In this document: piece after piece, positions 26,220-39,314 of the stretch
Layout: the number at the start of each line of letters is the position of its first letter
Position numbering within the stretch: the stretch's first letter is position 1
Source: Lama guanicoe
Taxonomy: Eukaryota
Direction of reading: 5' to 3'
Assembly: GCA_013239625.1 (NCBI GenBank)
Contig: MU053482.1
Location: forward strand, 1,091,168 to 1,155,167
Length of the DNA: 64,000 bases
Notes under the pieces: model-generated
Seen by the model: the letters and a program-made list of their open reading frames with translations, nothing else
Databases searched by the model: none
What the model was told of the DNA's origin: nothing
Program-made: the position numbers and the translations under genes

Positions 26220-27210
26220 TTGAAGATTAGAAAGAGTAAAAGATGATTTTTTGGTTTCCAGCGTAGGCAGCCTCAAGAAATGTGTTGGTATTTACTGAGA
26301 TAAGAAGCATTCGATGAAGAATAGAGGTTTGTTTTTTTTTTTTTTGGTGTAGATAAGATCATACGTTACATTTTTAACATATTGAGTTTGGACTTCCTGT
26401 GAAATATTCAAATATGAAAAATAAAAATGCAGTTGAATATCCCTGGCTGGAGCTTGGAAGCAGGATCTGAGTTGGAAATATGAATTTGTGAATTGTCAGC
26501 GTATACTGTTTATAGTATTTGAATCATTGGGGTTTATGAAGTTACTTAATAGAGAATCTATTATGAAGAAGGAAAGAACATGGGATGGGATCAGATCCTG
26601 AGACCTTAAGGTAACCTAAAGTGGGACAGCCAAAGAGGCAAAAGTTAAATTGATGTTATATCACAGAAGTCCTTAAGGCATGTTTCAAGAAACCCTGATT
26701 GGGCAGGTAGGTCAAAAGCTGCACTGTTATCAATTAATAAAGGACTGAAATAACCCATTGGATTGTAGACATGAAAGTCATTGGTGACTCTAGTAACGGA
26801 AGTTAGTGGTAAGGATAGAAGCCAGAGTGGAGTAGACTGAACAGCAAACAAGAGGAAATGGGGAAGGCAAAGTGTTCATAGGGCTCTGTGACACCTTTGG
26901 CTGCAAAGAGGAGAAAAGGGATTGGAATTAAAGAGGATTCTGTCAAGATGGGAGGGCCCAGACATTTTAGATGCTGACAGGTAAGAGCCAATAAAGGATG
27001 AGCAATAGAGGGCGCCCTGTGGCCAGGAGCCCTTTGGAAGGTGAGAGAGGGTAGGACCCAGGCAGAGTTGGTGGGACAGCTTTGAATCAGACACTTCCTC
27101 CCATGTCACGGGAGGGAAGGAGAGGCCCCATACAGGCAGGAAGTTACATTCATTCGCATCTGGTGGCTCTGTCTCTATGACGTGAGACAGAGCTATGTGC
27201 TGAGAATGGG
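26220..27210 (-). mobile_element. L2 fragment (continuation)
   Basis: tattgagtttggacttcctgtgaaatattcaa and aagtcattggtgactctagtaa. Confidence 0.6.
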
Positions 27211-29057
27211 GCAGAAGTAGTCCCTTCCCTCAGGGAGTTAGTGGTCCTTTGGGATGGACTGGTCTGGTGATTACTTTTATAGTGACCACAAAATGCAGCT
27301 TGTTAAACCCAGTCTCACTTTAGCTTTGGTCTATTTTAAACTTTAAGAGGTATTTTACTTTTTAAAAATAATTTGTTGGCTTTTCCCTTTGTTAGGTCAT
27401 ATGCTCCGTAGAGAAAACTTGAGCAAAAACAGAAGGGTAGGTAATCCCGAACACCAAGTCACCCGTACGTGAGGCAGTCCCCTCTGACCGGAGACAGGCA
27501 CTGTTCGTTTCTTGTTTATTCTATATCTGTGCCTCTTCATTTGCAATTTGTACACGGTTCTGACATGATTTGACCTGCTTGTTTGCTTTCTTTTGTTTAA
27601 AGGAAGCAGCAGGGCACACAATTGTGTCCTCTCCATAGGTGCTGGGGCCCCTGTCCCTCAACAGCTGGACAGAGCTTGGCCCACTTCGTCCCTGTTTCCT
27701 GCTGTCAGGGCTTCCCTGGCAGCCAGGCAGCCCTGGGCAGACACGCAGCCAGTGCGTAACCTTCAGAGGAAGCTTGTCTGGCTTCTTCTCTCTGTGGAGG
27801 TTGAGGGATCACAGTCATTGTGTCCAACAGAGAAGCCAGCACTGATCAGGTAGCCGATCCTACTTTAACAGAGTCTTGTGAAAACATTCCAATCAAAGCA
27901 GGGTAACGCTTGGAAGGCCAGGTGCTGGGGGAGTCTCGTGGGTGGCTTCAGGGACCTTAGGGCCGGCATCTCTGCAGGAGGGGATGCTGCTGGCACCGGG
28001 GAGTAGTAAGGATTTTTGCCCGGCTGTAGTGCTTCCCCCAAGGCCTGGAGGGAAGGGTCTCATTGTTCTTTCACAGCAGGATGTGGACAGCAGCCTATTG
28101 AGGGGATGGGAAGCCAAATGCCAATTTTGGAGTTTTGCCATGTTGAGACAGAGATCAGCAACTCAGTGAGAGCAGGGCACGAGGGGATGGTCACAGCACA
28201 GTGAAGATTGGTTCTTTCAACAGACATTGCAAGTTGGGCCTGACGCTAGGCACTGGGATGCCCGTAGAAATGGAAGTGGGAAACCACAAGCTGGCGGAGG
28301 CTATGTCTGTGCCATCAGAGCAGGAAGCTAGCTCCGAAATCGTCTCTAGCTGTGTCTATTCCCTTCTCACCCTGAAAGAGGGTAAGGGAAAACGTTTCCT
28401 GATAAGGGGCGTTCCTTAATACCTGGGTTTCATATTCATAGATGCTTTCAGAATGAAAAGGAACACTGTCAGTGTAGGCGGAATCCCTCATCAGGTCATG
28501 CAGTGTTTAATAACATATAGTTTGACCATACTCTTACAGAAAAAAACAGGGGGTTCCCCCCTTCAATGTCATACATGGGCTCTAGGAAGCCACCCGAGAG
28601 TCTTGTGTTGGCCTCTGCACCAACCCCGTCACCCTCCCTGGTGCCTCTTCATCTGTTCCCAAAAAGAAATGTCACCAGATGGCCCTGCAAATGTCACCTG
28701 GCCGTCAGCATGGCTTAACGCAAAACAGGGAGGCATCAGAGAATCTGATCCATAGTTCATTTCCTTCATTTTAGGTCAGTTTTGGCCCCTTTACTAGGCA
28801 TTTAGTGTTCTCTTAACACACTGGGCAGGACAGTAAGGTCACAACCAAGCTGTTAGGAAAGAAGCTCACTTTTGCATTTAATGGGGAGGGTCCAGGGACT
28901 CACAGATCGCGAACATTTTGTAGGAACCCCTCTTTTGCTAGCATTTAACGCCAGATTTTACTGTCCTCTGCTTCATGAACTGCAGGCTCCCTCAGCACTC
29001 TCAATACCTTGAGCTATTTTTAGTATTTAATCCCATCTAGGTAGCAGAGCCATCAGA

Positions 29058-29168
29058 CCTTCTCCTTCTCCTTCTCCTCCTCCTCCATCTCCTCCCTCCT
29101 CCTCCCTCCCCCTCTCTCCTTCCCTTCCCTCTCCCCTTACCCTCCCCTCCCCTGCCCCCCTCCTTTCC
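29058..29168. repeat. Polypyrimidine/polypurine low-complexity tract
   Basis: About 110 bp made almost entirely of C/T on the + strand. Confidence 0.9.
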
Positions 29169-29629
29169 AGATCTGGATTTCCAGATTTTAAAAATGGCAT
29201 CCCTCTTTTTGAAAAATGGCCTTTTCTTTTGCCGTCTCTTAGAGTTCACACCCAACCAAAGACATCGGGTCTGGTCCTGGCTCTGGTCTGTGTATTTTTT
29301 AACAGTAGCACTTGAAGAAAAGTAGCGGAATTCGGTTTGGCTCATCCTGGAGAAAGAAAGAGAAGCTAAATCCAAGCTGAAGAGGTTACAGGGCCACAGC
29401 TGGTGGTGGGTGGGGAGGGGTAGTGCTGGCCGCTCTGGCAGAGGGACCAGACACCCTGATGTGGTTTGAGCCCCCCACAGCTTTGGGGGAGTGACCTCCA
29501 AAGTGGTCATAAAATTCAGACGTGGGTTTGGGATAGGAAATTTCAAGTGGGTCCCTGCCCATTGTCACCACCATTTGCCTCATGGGGTGGGGGGTTTAAA
29601 AACTTCTAGCAGGTGGTAAGGGGTGAGGG

Positions 29630-29825
29630 AGGGGGAAAGGGGGAGTTATTGATAAAAGGATAGTGTCTGAGATGATGCAGAAACTCTGGGAATGGGATGT
29701 GGTGATGGTTGTACAACATGGTGAATATACTTAATGCTACTGAATTGTACACTTACAAATGGTTAGAATAGCAAATTTTATGTAATGGATATTTTACCAC
29801 AATTTGAATAATATACAAAAAAATA
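29630..29825 (+). mobile_element. L1M 3' end fragment
   Basis: ggtgatggttgtacaacatggtgaatatacttaatgctactgaattgtacactt. Confidence 0.8.
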
Positions 29826-30284
29826 AAACACCCTCTACTAGGATATAAAGAAGACGTGGACCCAGCAGCAGAGAGCCCAGGCCAGAGTGCTGAGAGCTGT
29901 CCCCTGCTGGGCACGGGACAATATCCAGGAGGAGGATGGCGCCTCCTGGTTTCAGAAGAGGCCCAGGTGGTGAGGGTGGGGCTTCCCTCAGCTCCCGGAG
30001 ACCTGGGCCATCACCCCACCAACACCTGTGCTAGCAGTTCACCCATTCTGTTTCACTCTCTTCCCCTATTGCTCACTTCCCTCACTATCCCTGTGCAAAG
30101 TTCTCTCCTGGGTACTGAGTACACCTATTGGAAATACAAAATAGGACAAGAATCCAAGTTTAAAAAGAATTTTCTTTCTCATAAATCATCAGTGTAGTCA
30201 AGGAACAGCTGCATGTGGTCGTGCCCTCAGACTCTGGCCACCGGGGCTGAATTCCCAGTTTCTGCCAGAGGAAGAAGGGGACTT

Positions 30285-30505
30285 AGGAGTAATGCACACT
30301 CCTCGGTGCCAGACCCTGGTCTTACTGCTTTTATGTGTTTCCCGATTAATCTTCACAATAGAGAGACAGGTATTGTGCCCATTTTACAGAAGAGGAAATT
30401 GAGGTATAGAGGGATTCATTAATTTCCTAAGGTCACACAAGTAATAAGGGCTGAAACAAAGTTTGAACATCAGCCTATTTAAAGCCTCTGTTCTAAAACC
30501 TGTGC
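30285..30505 (-). mobile_element. MIR
   Basis: MIR core cccattttacagaagaggaaattgagg...cctaaggtcacaca. Confidence 0.75.
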
Positions 30506-33009
30506 TTTATTCATTATACCACCCTTCGGCATGTGTGCCATAGTATAAAAATATGCTTTGAACAATGCCTTCATTAACTCTGGAATAAAAATGAGTTTGT
30601 ATCATGATTTGTGTCTAGCACGCTTCTGAGAGCTGCTAGTATTCCATCATAGATCCCCTCCACCGTGTGAGTCACTCATGCCCCTGGGACCTACCCATCA
30701 CGCTGTGTCCTCCCATTGTAGTTTCTGATGACTGGATGATACATCAGATGCTGAATAAGGGATGGGCTGGCCAGACAGTGGTCCAAAGAACTAATCAATA
30801 AAGGATGCTAAAACACTGAAACTATTCATCAATATTTCTCTCCAAGAGAATATTACATATGGTTGGAAATAATACTTTCATAAGCCCCTGAGGGAGAGCA
30901 GTGACATTCCCAAATAGCTCAGATTGTAATGAACACTCCTAACCTGTCTTCTGAAGATGTAGGTCCAGTTAACTGCAAGCTTCAGCCTTGCATGTTCAGA
31001 TGATCGAGGGAAAACCAGCATTGCCTCCAACAACCTTCTTTCTCTACCCATCAGAATAGCCACCTTCTCTTCCGATAAACTCTGAATAGATCTTTATATG
31101 ATTACCAGTTTGAAGGACGGCCAAAGTCAGTTCCTGCCTGAGCTGCCTGCGTACATTGGTCTGTCCTGCAGGCCGCCTCCCTGTCTCAGCCCACTTCTGC
31201 CTTGTAGACGCGCACCCCTACATGCAGCCCTGTGGCTGGGGCTGACTCCCTTCATCTTCCTTATCCAACTTCCAACCTGAGAGCATGACTTTTCCAGAAG
31301 ATAAGAGGGCGGGGCAAGAGGGAGGAAATACGAGCTGTATGCCTTTTGACACTGCGCCAAAAACAAGCAGATAAACTTCCATCTTCTACAGACTTTTCTA
31401 AATAATGTATTAATTAACCACTTGTAGCAGATTCCCCACCCTGACCCCATCGCTAACCTTCCTCCTATTTGGGAGTGGCGGTCTCTTATGGAGTGGGGTC
31501 GGGGATGGGGTCGGCACCAGCTTGGGAATGAAACCAGTGATTTTGATGATCTGATGCTCTCGTTGCACACACATCCAGATCCAAGTGGCCACCTTAAAAA
31601 GTTCTGCTTCCACCTGAACAGCCAGAGTTTAAAAAATAATTTTTAATGTTTTCTTTATTTTGCACATTGAAACAAGTGGTCTATAGTGCCTATTTCTTAA
31701 CAGTCGACTCTCCTGAACTTTAGTGGGGAAAGGGACTAATAATAGCTCGGTAGTCCCTAAGATCTTTAGGACAAGTGAAGTATTAACCGTGTGTCATTTG
31801 GGGCAGTGGTTACATTTTCAAGAGGCTGCCATCTGCACTAATTGGCCAGGGATGTGGCTGGCCAGGGTCAAGTTCCCGCAGTCAGTGCCAGGGGGCCCTG
31901 AGGCTTTGGGCGGCCTTTGTGACAGCGGTCACCTATTGCATGATGCAGTGGTGATGCTGGCCTACTTTTGGGAGCAGCCCCTGAGTTGTGGGCTCCCCAC
32001 GAGGGAGCTGTGTGTCAGCCTGAAGCTCCAGACTGCTCGTTCCCTGCCCGGAGCCTTAGCCTGTCATCATTGATTTTATGGGGAAAGAAAGCATTTCTTT
32101 TTGTAAACACCACACCAGGGCCTTCAATAAGATGATGTAATGGGATTAATGATGCACTTTCCAGAATCCACATCGATTCTGAAGATGGAAGTAGAAACTT
32201 GAGATGAGGCTAAGCTCTGTTTTGTCAACATTTGGCCACTCTATTAAGCAAAGTCTCCTCGGACAAACAGTGGGCTTACTTGCAAGATAGGCTGGTATTT
32301 GCATACCTGGGGCTGGGAAGATTCTGTGTTACAAACATTACCAGGAGTGTGACAGGCCTGAGGATGGGGAGAAGGGGATTAAAAAATAATGATTAACCAA
32401 CCACTCTCTGCCAGAGCCTGCTGGATGGGTGAGCTGGTAGTGATTGGCTTGTGAACGTGTCTTCCAGGAAATAAGCCCCGCAGGAGTGGTATGGACAGGG
32501 TGGGGTGAAGGGAGCAGAGGGACCACCAGACCTCTCTTTCCTTTGCAGGTCTAGGTCTGCCATCCACCAGAGGCAGGTCCAGATGGTTAGCATTTGTGTT
32601 GTTAGTTGGCCAAATCCCAACTAGCTAGACGGGCCATCCTGGAAGAGTTTGGGAAATATGCATATTTGTGAAATACCATGAGATTTTACAGAGTAGAACA
32701 ATCTCTACACTTCTGATATAAATTATTTTAAAGGAAATGGGCTTTTTCCTTCCCAAAAAGCATAAACACAATCTTAGGATCTCAAGAGTTTCTCTGCAGC
32801 TGGTGTCTAAGACCGTCAGAGATGGAGAAGAGGTAAATGTCTCTCCAGCAAGGCAGCTGGGTTTGCATAGCGGCGCCCTGAATGTCTGCAGTGGGGTTGA
32901 GAGAGGGTTTGCATAGTCAGGATAGTTGCACAACAGACATGCAAACTGACATCAGTGAATGTGTGCAATTCAATGCTCACTTTCCTTGTATTCCTGGATG
33001 AGGTGAGTT

Positions 33010-33250
33010 AAACAGTAAGACCCAGCCATCTATAGTTTAAAGTTTGGAAACATGATAATGAAAAAAAAATGACATTTGGTGGTAAATACCGGTATTATTT
33101 AAGAAGAGTTGGTGATGATGGATATGTTTATGACATAGATTGTGTGATGGTTTCACAGGTGTATGCTTATCTTCAAACTTGTCAAGATGTATACATACGT
33201 ATGTATAACGTTCGTATGTCAACTACTCCATTTAAGTTTTTTTTAAAAGA
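33010..33250 (+). mobile_element. L1MC-like 3' end fragment
   Basis: ggtgatgatggatatgttta...gtgatggtttcacaggtgtatgcttatc...aaacttgtcaagatgtatacat. Confidence 0.7.
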
Positions 33251-33717
33251 ACAGTCAGTGAATTAACCATTGGCAAGTCTGTGTTGACTGTATAGTTGTT
33301 GCCTAGTCTTCTGGAGACTCGTATAGAATAACGTGCCCCTGTAGCTGTCAGGGAAGATGGGATACACCTATGAAACACTGAAGCAGCAATACAGAGCAGG
33401 ATTCCTGCAAATGCCTGAAACACACAGAGATTCCTGTGAGCTAGGAAGATGGCATTGTAGGGTAAGTAGTTTGGCTATAGGTCCTGACTGGGTAGACTGA
33501 TCTCCAAAGCGAGATTGGGAAGAGCATACACTGAGGTGTAAGGACAAAATATTAGAACTTCTATTTACATTATCTCATCTTTGTTGTTCTCTTTTTTGGC
33601 ATATGTTTATTATATATAATTAGAATTTTCTACAGGTATGTAAGTTATAAGTACATATGTTATAAGTAAGTACATACATATGTTGGGGCTATATGCCTCC
33701 CAACTTTTTATATTACA

Positions 33718-34622
33718 TGTACCAGTTATAAATATATTTCAGCTCCAAATTCAGCCTTTATTGTCTGCTCTGGAAAAATAGAGTTGGGACCTTTAAGTAT
33801 TTTTCATTTCCACCTGACACAGTGCTGAGCTCTGTCACTAGAGGGCGCTGAAGAGACAAGAGAAAGGGCTTTTCTGGCGTCCTCCTGTCCTCAGGCCCCG
33901 GCAGCAAGCCCAGCTTCTCCAGCACATGCAGCTTCCCTGGAGCCCTGCCCCTGCAGCATGGGCAGCTGCTCCACTACACAGGTGGCCTCTCCGGCACTTG
34001 ACCTCTGCAGTACACAGAGCAGTCAGCAGCACGCAGTGGCTGGCAGCATCCCCTGACATCCCTTAGGTGGTTTTGTAGCAGGTCAGATGCCTTCCCATGA
34101 ACAGCTCTTCCTGGCATCTAGATGGCAGATTTCTGGCAAGTTCCAGAGGGTAGATTTCCAGTAAGTTCTGCTAGGGCAGTACCATGGCAGCTTCTGTGTC
34201 ACTCAGTGAGTGATAGCTGTGCCCTCTCCAGCAGTGTCTGGGACTCAGCCTCAAGGGCAGGGAGCTTGTCCTTGGGTGCTCTAGCTCAGCCCAAGGGGAA
34301 GTGGCTGCTCTTTACATCTGCTATTCCTATGTTCTTTAGAGTTCTGTTCACTTCTTTGTTTGTTTGGGGGTTTTGTGGGGAGATTAGGTTTATTCATTTA
34401 TTTATGAATTGAGGCACTGAGGTTTTGAACCCAGAACCTTGTGAATGCTAAGCACGTACTCTACCACTGAGCTACACCCCTGCCCCCGAGTTCTGTTCAC
34501 TTCTTGATAGCTAATATCTTACTACTCAGTCCTCTATTACAGTAAATGATTCTTCATGTTACACTCGCCCTGTCTGAATTACTGGATGGTTTCTCTTTTT
34601 CATTTGAACCCAGGCAGATACG
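33718..34622 (+). mobile_element. ERVL solo LTR (LTR33-like) interrupted by a SINE
   Basis: Start tgtaccagtta...cagctccaaattcagcc, internal tgtcactagagggcgctg, end attactggatggtttctc...gaacccaggcagatac. Confidence 0.75.
34357..34487 (-). mobile_element. vic-1-like SINE
   Basis: SINE body with a perfect 18-bp TSD gagttctgttcacttctt at 34339-34356 and 34488-34505. Confidence 0.92.
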
Positions 34623-34999
34623 GTGTATTTCTATTAATAAAAACAAAAAACAAGTTGAGCTTACATTGCCAACATGTGTACATTTTCTTATTTGTCAAGT
34701 ATATCCATACACTATTTTACTAATTTTCATGAACGTGTTAAAACATACACAAAAAACTTAGTAAGATGAAGATGAAATATCGTATATTTGAAATGTTCTA
34801 TTTTAACTACCTTATTGATGATAATGGTTACAGTCATTAGCAAATATCTCAAATAACAATATGGACCAAGTATGGTTAATCATTAATAATAGTAGATAAA
34901 TATCTACATTTCAAATAATATTTTTGATTGGGATTGAATAGTGAGGCTGCCCATATCCATCTTTATATTAAATATGAATAGGTTTTTTGACAGTATGGT

Positions 35000-35093
35000 A
35001 TTTATTTATTGTTTTAATGGAGGTACCAGGGTTTGAACCCAGGACCTCATGCATGCTAAGCATGCACTCTACCACTGAGTTATACCCTCCCCC
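35000..35093 (-). mobile_element. vic-1-like SINE
   Basis: aatggaggtaccagggtttgaacccaggacctcatgcatgctaagcatgcactctaccactgagttataccctccccc. Confidence 0.9.
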
Positions 35094-36367
35094 AGATTTT
35101 ATTTTTGAAATAACAAAGATAAAGAGAAGTTATTTTATTTCCTTACCCTACACAAGGGTAGTGTACCATATTGTACATCTCTGAGACATATGTACCCTCT
35201 TTAGAAACCTCTGATCTCAGTTACCTCCTTGTCCCCTTTCTGGTTCATTACTTATCCTGATCTTCGTAAGAAGCATGTCACTCTGCTTTAAACACTTTGT
35301 GAGCTCTCCATTGCTCTTATGATAAATAAGGAAGCATCTGTAGACCATTTGGGACAGGCCACTAGTTTGCAAACATGCATGTCCTCAGACTATGGTGAAT
35401 GGATAGCCCAAACTCTGGCAGAACCAACATGTGTCTTCTTCCCCAGTTTTGTCACCTACCCCTACTCACCCCACAGACTTGAGTTGGGGAACATACACAG
35501 CACAAGGGCTTTCCTTTTAGATCCCAAGTCCTAAGACTTGGACTTCCTTCCTCTGATCAGACATAAGAGCCCTTCCTTAGTTCTGCAAAGCCTCTGAGTA
35601 ATTTAAGTAATTCAAGGTCCTGCTTCCCCATGCTCTCAATTGGTGTATCACCTAGTCTACTTTTTTCAGTTTACGCTCTGCTTCTTGGCGAGAAGCTGCT
35701 CATGTGCCAGGCCCACCATGTGCTTTACAGTTTGTTCTCAGAGGTGGAGGTGCCAGCCTTTCATCATCTTACTTGGCACTGTCATCTCCCCACCCACAGT
35801 GACAACGTTGCCACTTGGGAACACCCTCCCAGGCTGCTCCTCCGTAAATCCGATGACCAGCGTTTCTCTCTAAGCCTCGGTTTTCTCATATGAAAAAGAT
35901 ACTAGTACTTGCATCTAACCTAAGCAGTTGTTGTGAAGAGCAGATGAGTCAGTGTTTGGACTAGTACCTGTAAGAGAATAGACATTTCAATAAATGCTAT
36001 GATTTTTTTTCAAGTACCACATCAAGGTGAAAATACATTTTCATAGGTTTTCTCCCTGCTCCTCCTCTTCTGCACTTCCATATCGGACTGCCTGAAACCT
36101 GAAAGAGGCAATTTGCTCTTTCCTGTCACCAAACTCCTAACTCTGAGCTTCCCAACTGGCAAGGTGCAGGACACAGGTGTGCCACAGACAGGTGTGTGCT
36201 GAGGAACTGATTTTTCCCCTTGGCTTTCTGGGAGGCCAGGTGGGCTCCCCTTGCCTCCAGCCTTACCTCCCTTCCTAGCTGGTTTTCCCCAGTGTGCACT
36301 GCAGAGAGAGCTTTCTATGTTTGCCACAATATAAAATATTAGGGAGGTGCTGTGTTAGAGTTCTACC

Positions 36368-36608
36368 TTTTTTTTAATTGAAGTATAAGTCAGTTTACAA
36401 TGTTGTGTCAATTTCTGGTGTACAGCATAATGTTTCAGTCATACATATACATACATATATTTGTTTTCATATTCTTTTTCATTATAGATTACTATAAGAT
36501 ATTGAATATAGTTCCCTGTGCTATAGAGAAGAAACTTGTTTATTGTTTATATAAGTAGGTAATACCTGCAAATCTCCCCAGTTTATCCCTTCCCACTCCC
36601 TTTCCCCT
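36368..36608 (-). mobile_element. Lineage-specific L1 3'UTR fragment
   Basis: Closely similar to 39165-39315 and 40410-40650. Confidence 0.85.
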
Positions 36609-36730
36609 CTTGTTTGTTTTTTGGGGAAGTAATTTGGTTTATTTATTTATTTATTTATTTATCTATTTATTTTTAATGGAGGTACTGGGGATTGAACCCA
36701 GGACCTCATGCTAAGCACACACTCTACCAC
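36609..36730 (-). mobile_element. 5'-truncated vic-1-like SINE with (ttta)n linker
   Basis: ggtactggggattgaacccaggacctcatgctaagcacacactctaccac. Possible 7-bp TSD ttcccct. Confidence 0.8.
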
Positions 36731-36739
36731 TTCCCCTTT

Positions 36740-37762
36740 ATATTGTCTAGTATTAAATCATTCTTGAATGCTGGTGAGAAACCCTACTTTGTTATAGTGT
36801 TGTTACTTTTTATATGTTGTTTTATTTTGCTTTCTTTTGATTTCTTTAGCAGTTTTGCAGCTGTGTTCCTAAAGCCAGTTGGCCTAAAATTTTCTTGTCT
36901 TGTATTCTCCATGTTTAGTTATATCAAGGTTATACTAGCTTCATAAAACAAACGAGAGAAAGTTCCTTTAAAAAAATCTACTCTCTAGAACAATAGGTAT
37001 AAAATAGAGAATATTGGTTCTTTGAAGACTTGGTGGAGTTTACCTGTCAAATTATCTGTTTTAGAGGGCTTTTTGAGGCAGGTTTTAAATAATTTATTTG
37101 ATTGATTTAATGGTTATAATTTTTTCAAGTTATCTATTCTTGATGTGAACATTGGTAATTATATTTTTCTACATAATCCTCTATTTTAAGTTTTAAAATT
37201 TTTTGGCATAATATTGATTATGAAATTCTCTAACATTTCTGGAAGTTTCTAATACAGGCATAGTTACGGCTTCTTTGTCTTTATAACTTTATTTGTGCTT
37301 TCTCTCCTCAATCACTTTGTCAGGGGTTTAATTAATGTGTTAAAGCCTTTCAGAGAATCAGCTTTTGTATTGTTAATACTTTTGTCTTTATTCCTGATAT
37401 TTCCCCCCTTTTCTTCTTTTTCTGTTTGTTTTTGTTTTGGGGTGTGGTTAGCCTGTTACGCTTTTGCTAACTTTTTGATGTAATGTTTTGTTGCATCCTA
37501 TGAGTCATTCAGTTCTAAGTAGCTTCTCGTTCCCATTATAATCCCTGTTTTGACTGGTGAATTATTTAGAAGTATACTTTTCAATTTCCAAATTTGTGAG
37601 CTTGTTTGGCTTTTTATCATTGATTTATAATCTTATTGCATTTTGCCCAGAGAACATGATCTGAAAACTATCATTGTTTTGGATTTACTGAGACTTCTTT
37701 TGCAGCCTTATATGTGGCCAGCTTTTATAACTGTTCCATGGTTCCTTAATAAGAACATGTTT
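36740..37762 (-). mobile_element. Old L1M ORF2 remnant
   Basis: Antisense L1 motifs (tatcaaggttatactagcttcataaaa, attatttagaagtatacttttcaatttccaaa). Confidence 0.7.
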
Positions 37763-37764
37763 TC

Positions 37765-38650
37765 AACTTCTGGTTTCCGATTCTTCACGTGAGGAGCTTG
37801 GACCTGCCACTCCATCCTAACAAACAAGTAAAAAGCTGAGCAGATAGAAAAATCACTATCTCTTTTAGACTCTCAAAGAGACTTGAGGACACAGAGCAAA
37901 CCTCCAAGAGTGGAGAGACCTACAGGTGAATACAGAGAGCAGCAGCTCCCTGGAGCAGAGACTCATGAGTGGAAACCCTCACTCGAACCAGTGCCAGGGC
38001 AGGGAAACCTGATGAGTTGCTGGAGGTGTGAGGTAGACAACGCAGAGGATTACAGACTCCCAGAAGCCCAGTCATAGTGGAGCCCCACAGTTTTGTGAGA
38101 CTTACCTCAGCAGCTCGACCAGGTTTCTACAGTAAACACAGAGAAAAGTCCTCTCCTGCTTCCAGCAGGCGGAGCGGGGAAGAACCACTCTGAAATGCAC
38201 CAGAGCACTCTGTCCTTAACAAGGGCTGCCCGTGGGACAGACTATTTAATCAGAGTCTAACCTGCTGATGTAGCGCTGGTCAGCTTTAGCTATCTTCTCC
38301 CACCTAAAGAGGGGAGAAAAAACTTTAGAAATCATGTGTGAAGTTCACAGTACAGAGGCACAGGTGCCCTAGAAGACTGAGACCTAATTAAGGGACTGTA
38401 GGACACTTCCCCTCCACCACAGCTCACCACCACGTGACTGAAGGTCTGTTTACAGCAGTTCCTCTTACCTAGTGCATCATGCCCAGCCATCAAGAAAAAA
38501 AAATTGGAAGGCATACTAAAAGGCAAAAAATACAATTTGAGGAGACGGAGCAAGCCTGAGACCCAGACATGGTGGGGATGTTGGAGTTACCAGATCAGGA
38601 ATTTAAAACAACAGTGATTAACACTCTGTAGGCTCTGTGGATAAGACAGT
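37765..38650 (+). mobile_element. Old L1M 5'UTR region
   Basis: Starts acttctggtttcc; later shows caatttgaggagac...gagttaccagatcaggaatttaaaacaacagtgattaa, typical of the 5'UTR/ORF1 junction. Confidence 0.6.
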
Positions 38651-39162
38651 AGGCAAGCACAGACAGGCCGTGTCCGCTGAGTAGAGCTCTGGGGCGCCAG
38701 CCAGGTAGAAGTGGGTTAAGGAGTCAGTGGGAGATGAGAAATTGGAGTTCTTGTGCTTCAACAACCCTATGGAGAAGCTTGGCCAGTCAAGGAAGTAGCT
38801 GGAGAAGACCATGTTTTCAAGGGAGATGTTTCTTTAAAAAATCAGAGAAAATGTTTAAACACCAATAAGTAGAATCCATTGGAGAAGATAATCCACTCAG
38901 TTTCTGAGAGGCCTTCCTGGGGTGGAATATTCACCCCACTGCTAGGATGCAGGAGCGGTATAAGGACAGACATTTGTAAGGATGTCCAACCAGCAAGTTA
39001 TGGTAGCTCCTGTTTCCTCCAGGAAGTAAGAAGCAAACTTACTTGCTGATACTGACAAAAGGATAAAGGTCAGAGGTTTGAGGAAGAACAGGAGGCCTGA
39101 TTGGCCAGTATAGAATAGCTGTATTTTGTTGAACTTCTAGTGTCAGGGGCATATATCATTTC

Positions 39163-39314
39163 TTTTTTTGCTTTTTAATTGAAGTATAGTCAGTTACAAT
39201 GTGTCGATTTCTGGTGTGCAGCATAATGTTTCAGTCATACATACACATACATATATTTGTTTTCATATTCTTTTCCATTATAGGTTATTACAAGATGTTG
39301 AATATAGTTCCCTA
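39163..39314 (-). mobile_element. L1 3' terminal fragment next to a MIR (about 39320-39450)
   Basis: aattgaagtatagtcagttacaatgtgtc... The adjacent sequence aatttgcccaaactcatacagc is MIR-like. Confidence 0.8.

Noticed and set aside
29037..29546. 169-aa Gly/Arg-rich ORF on the minus strand
   Set aside because: It arises from the polypurine low-complexity tract and has no ATG start or recognisable domain.
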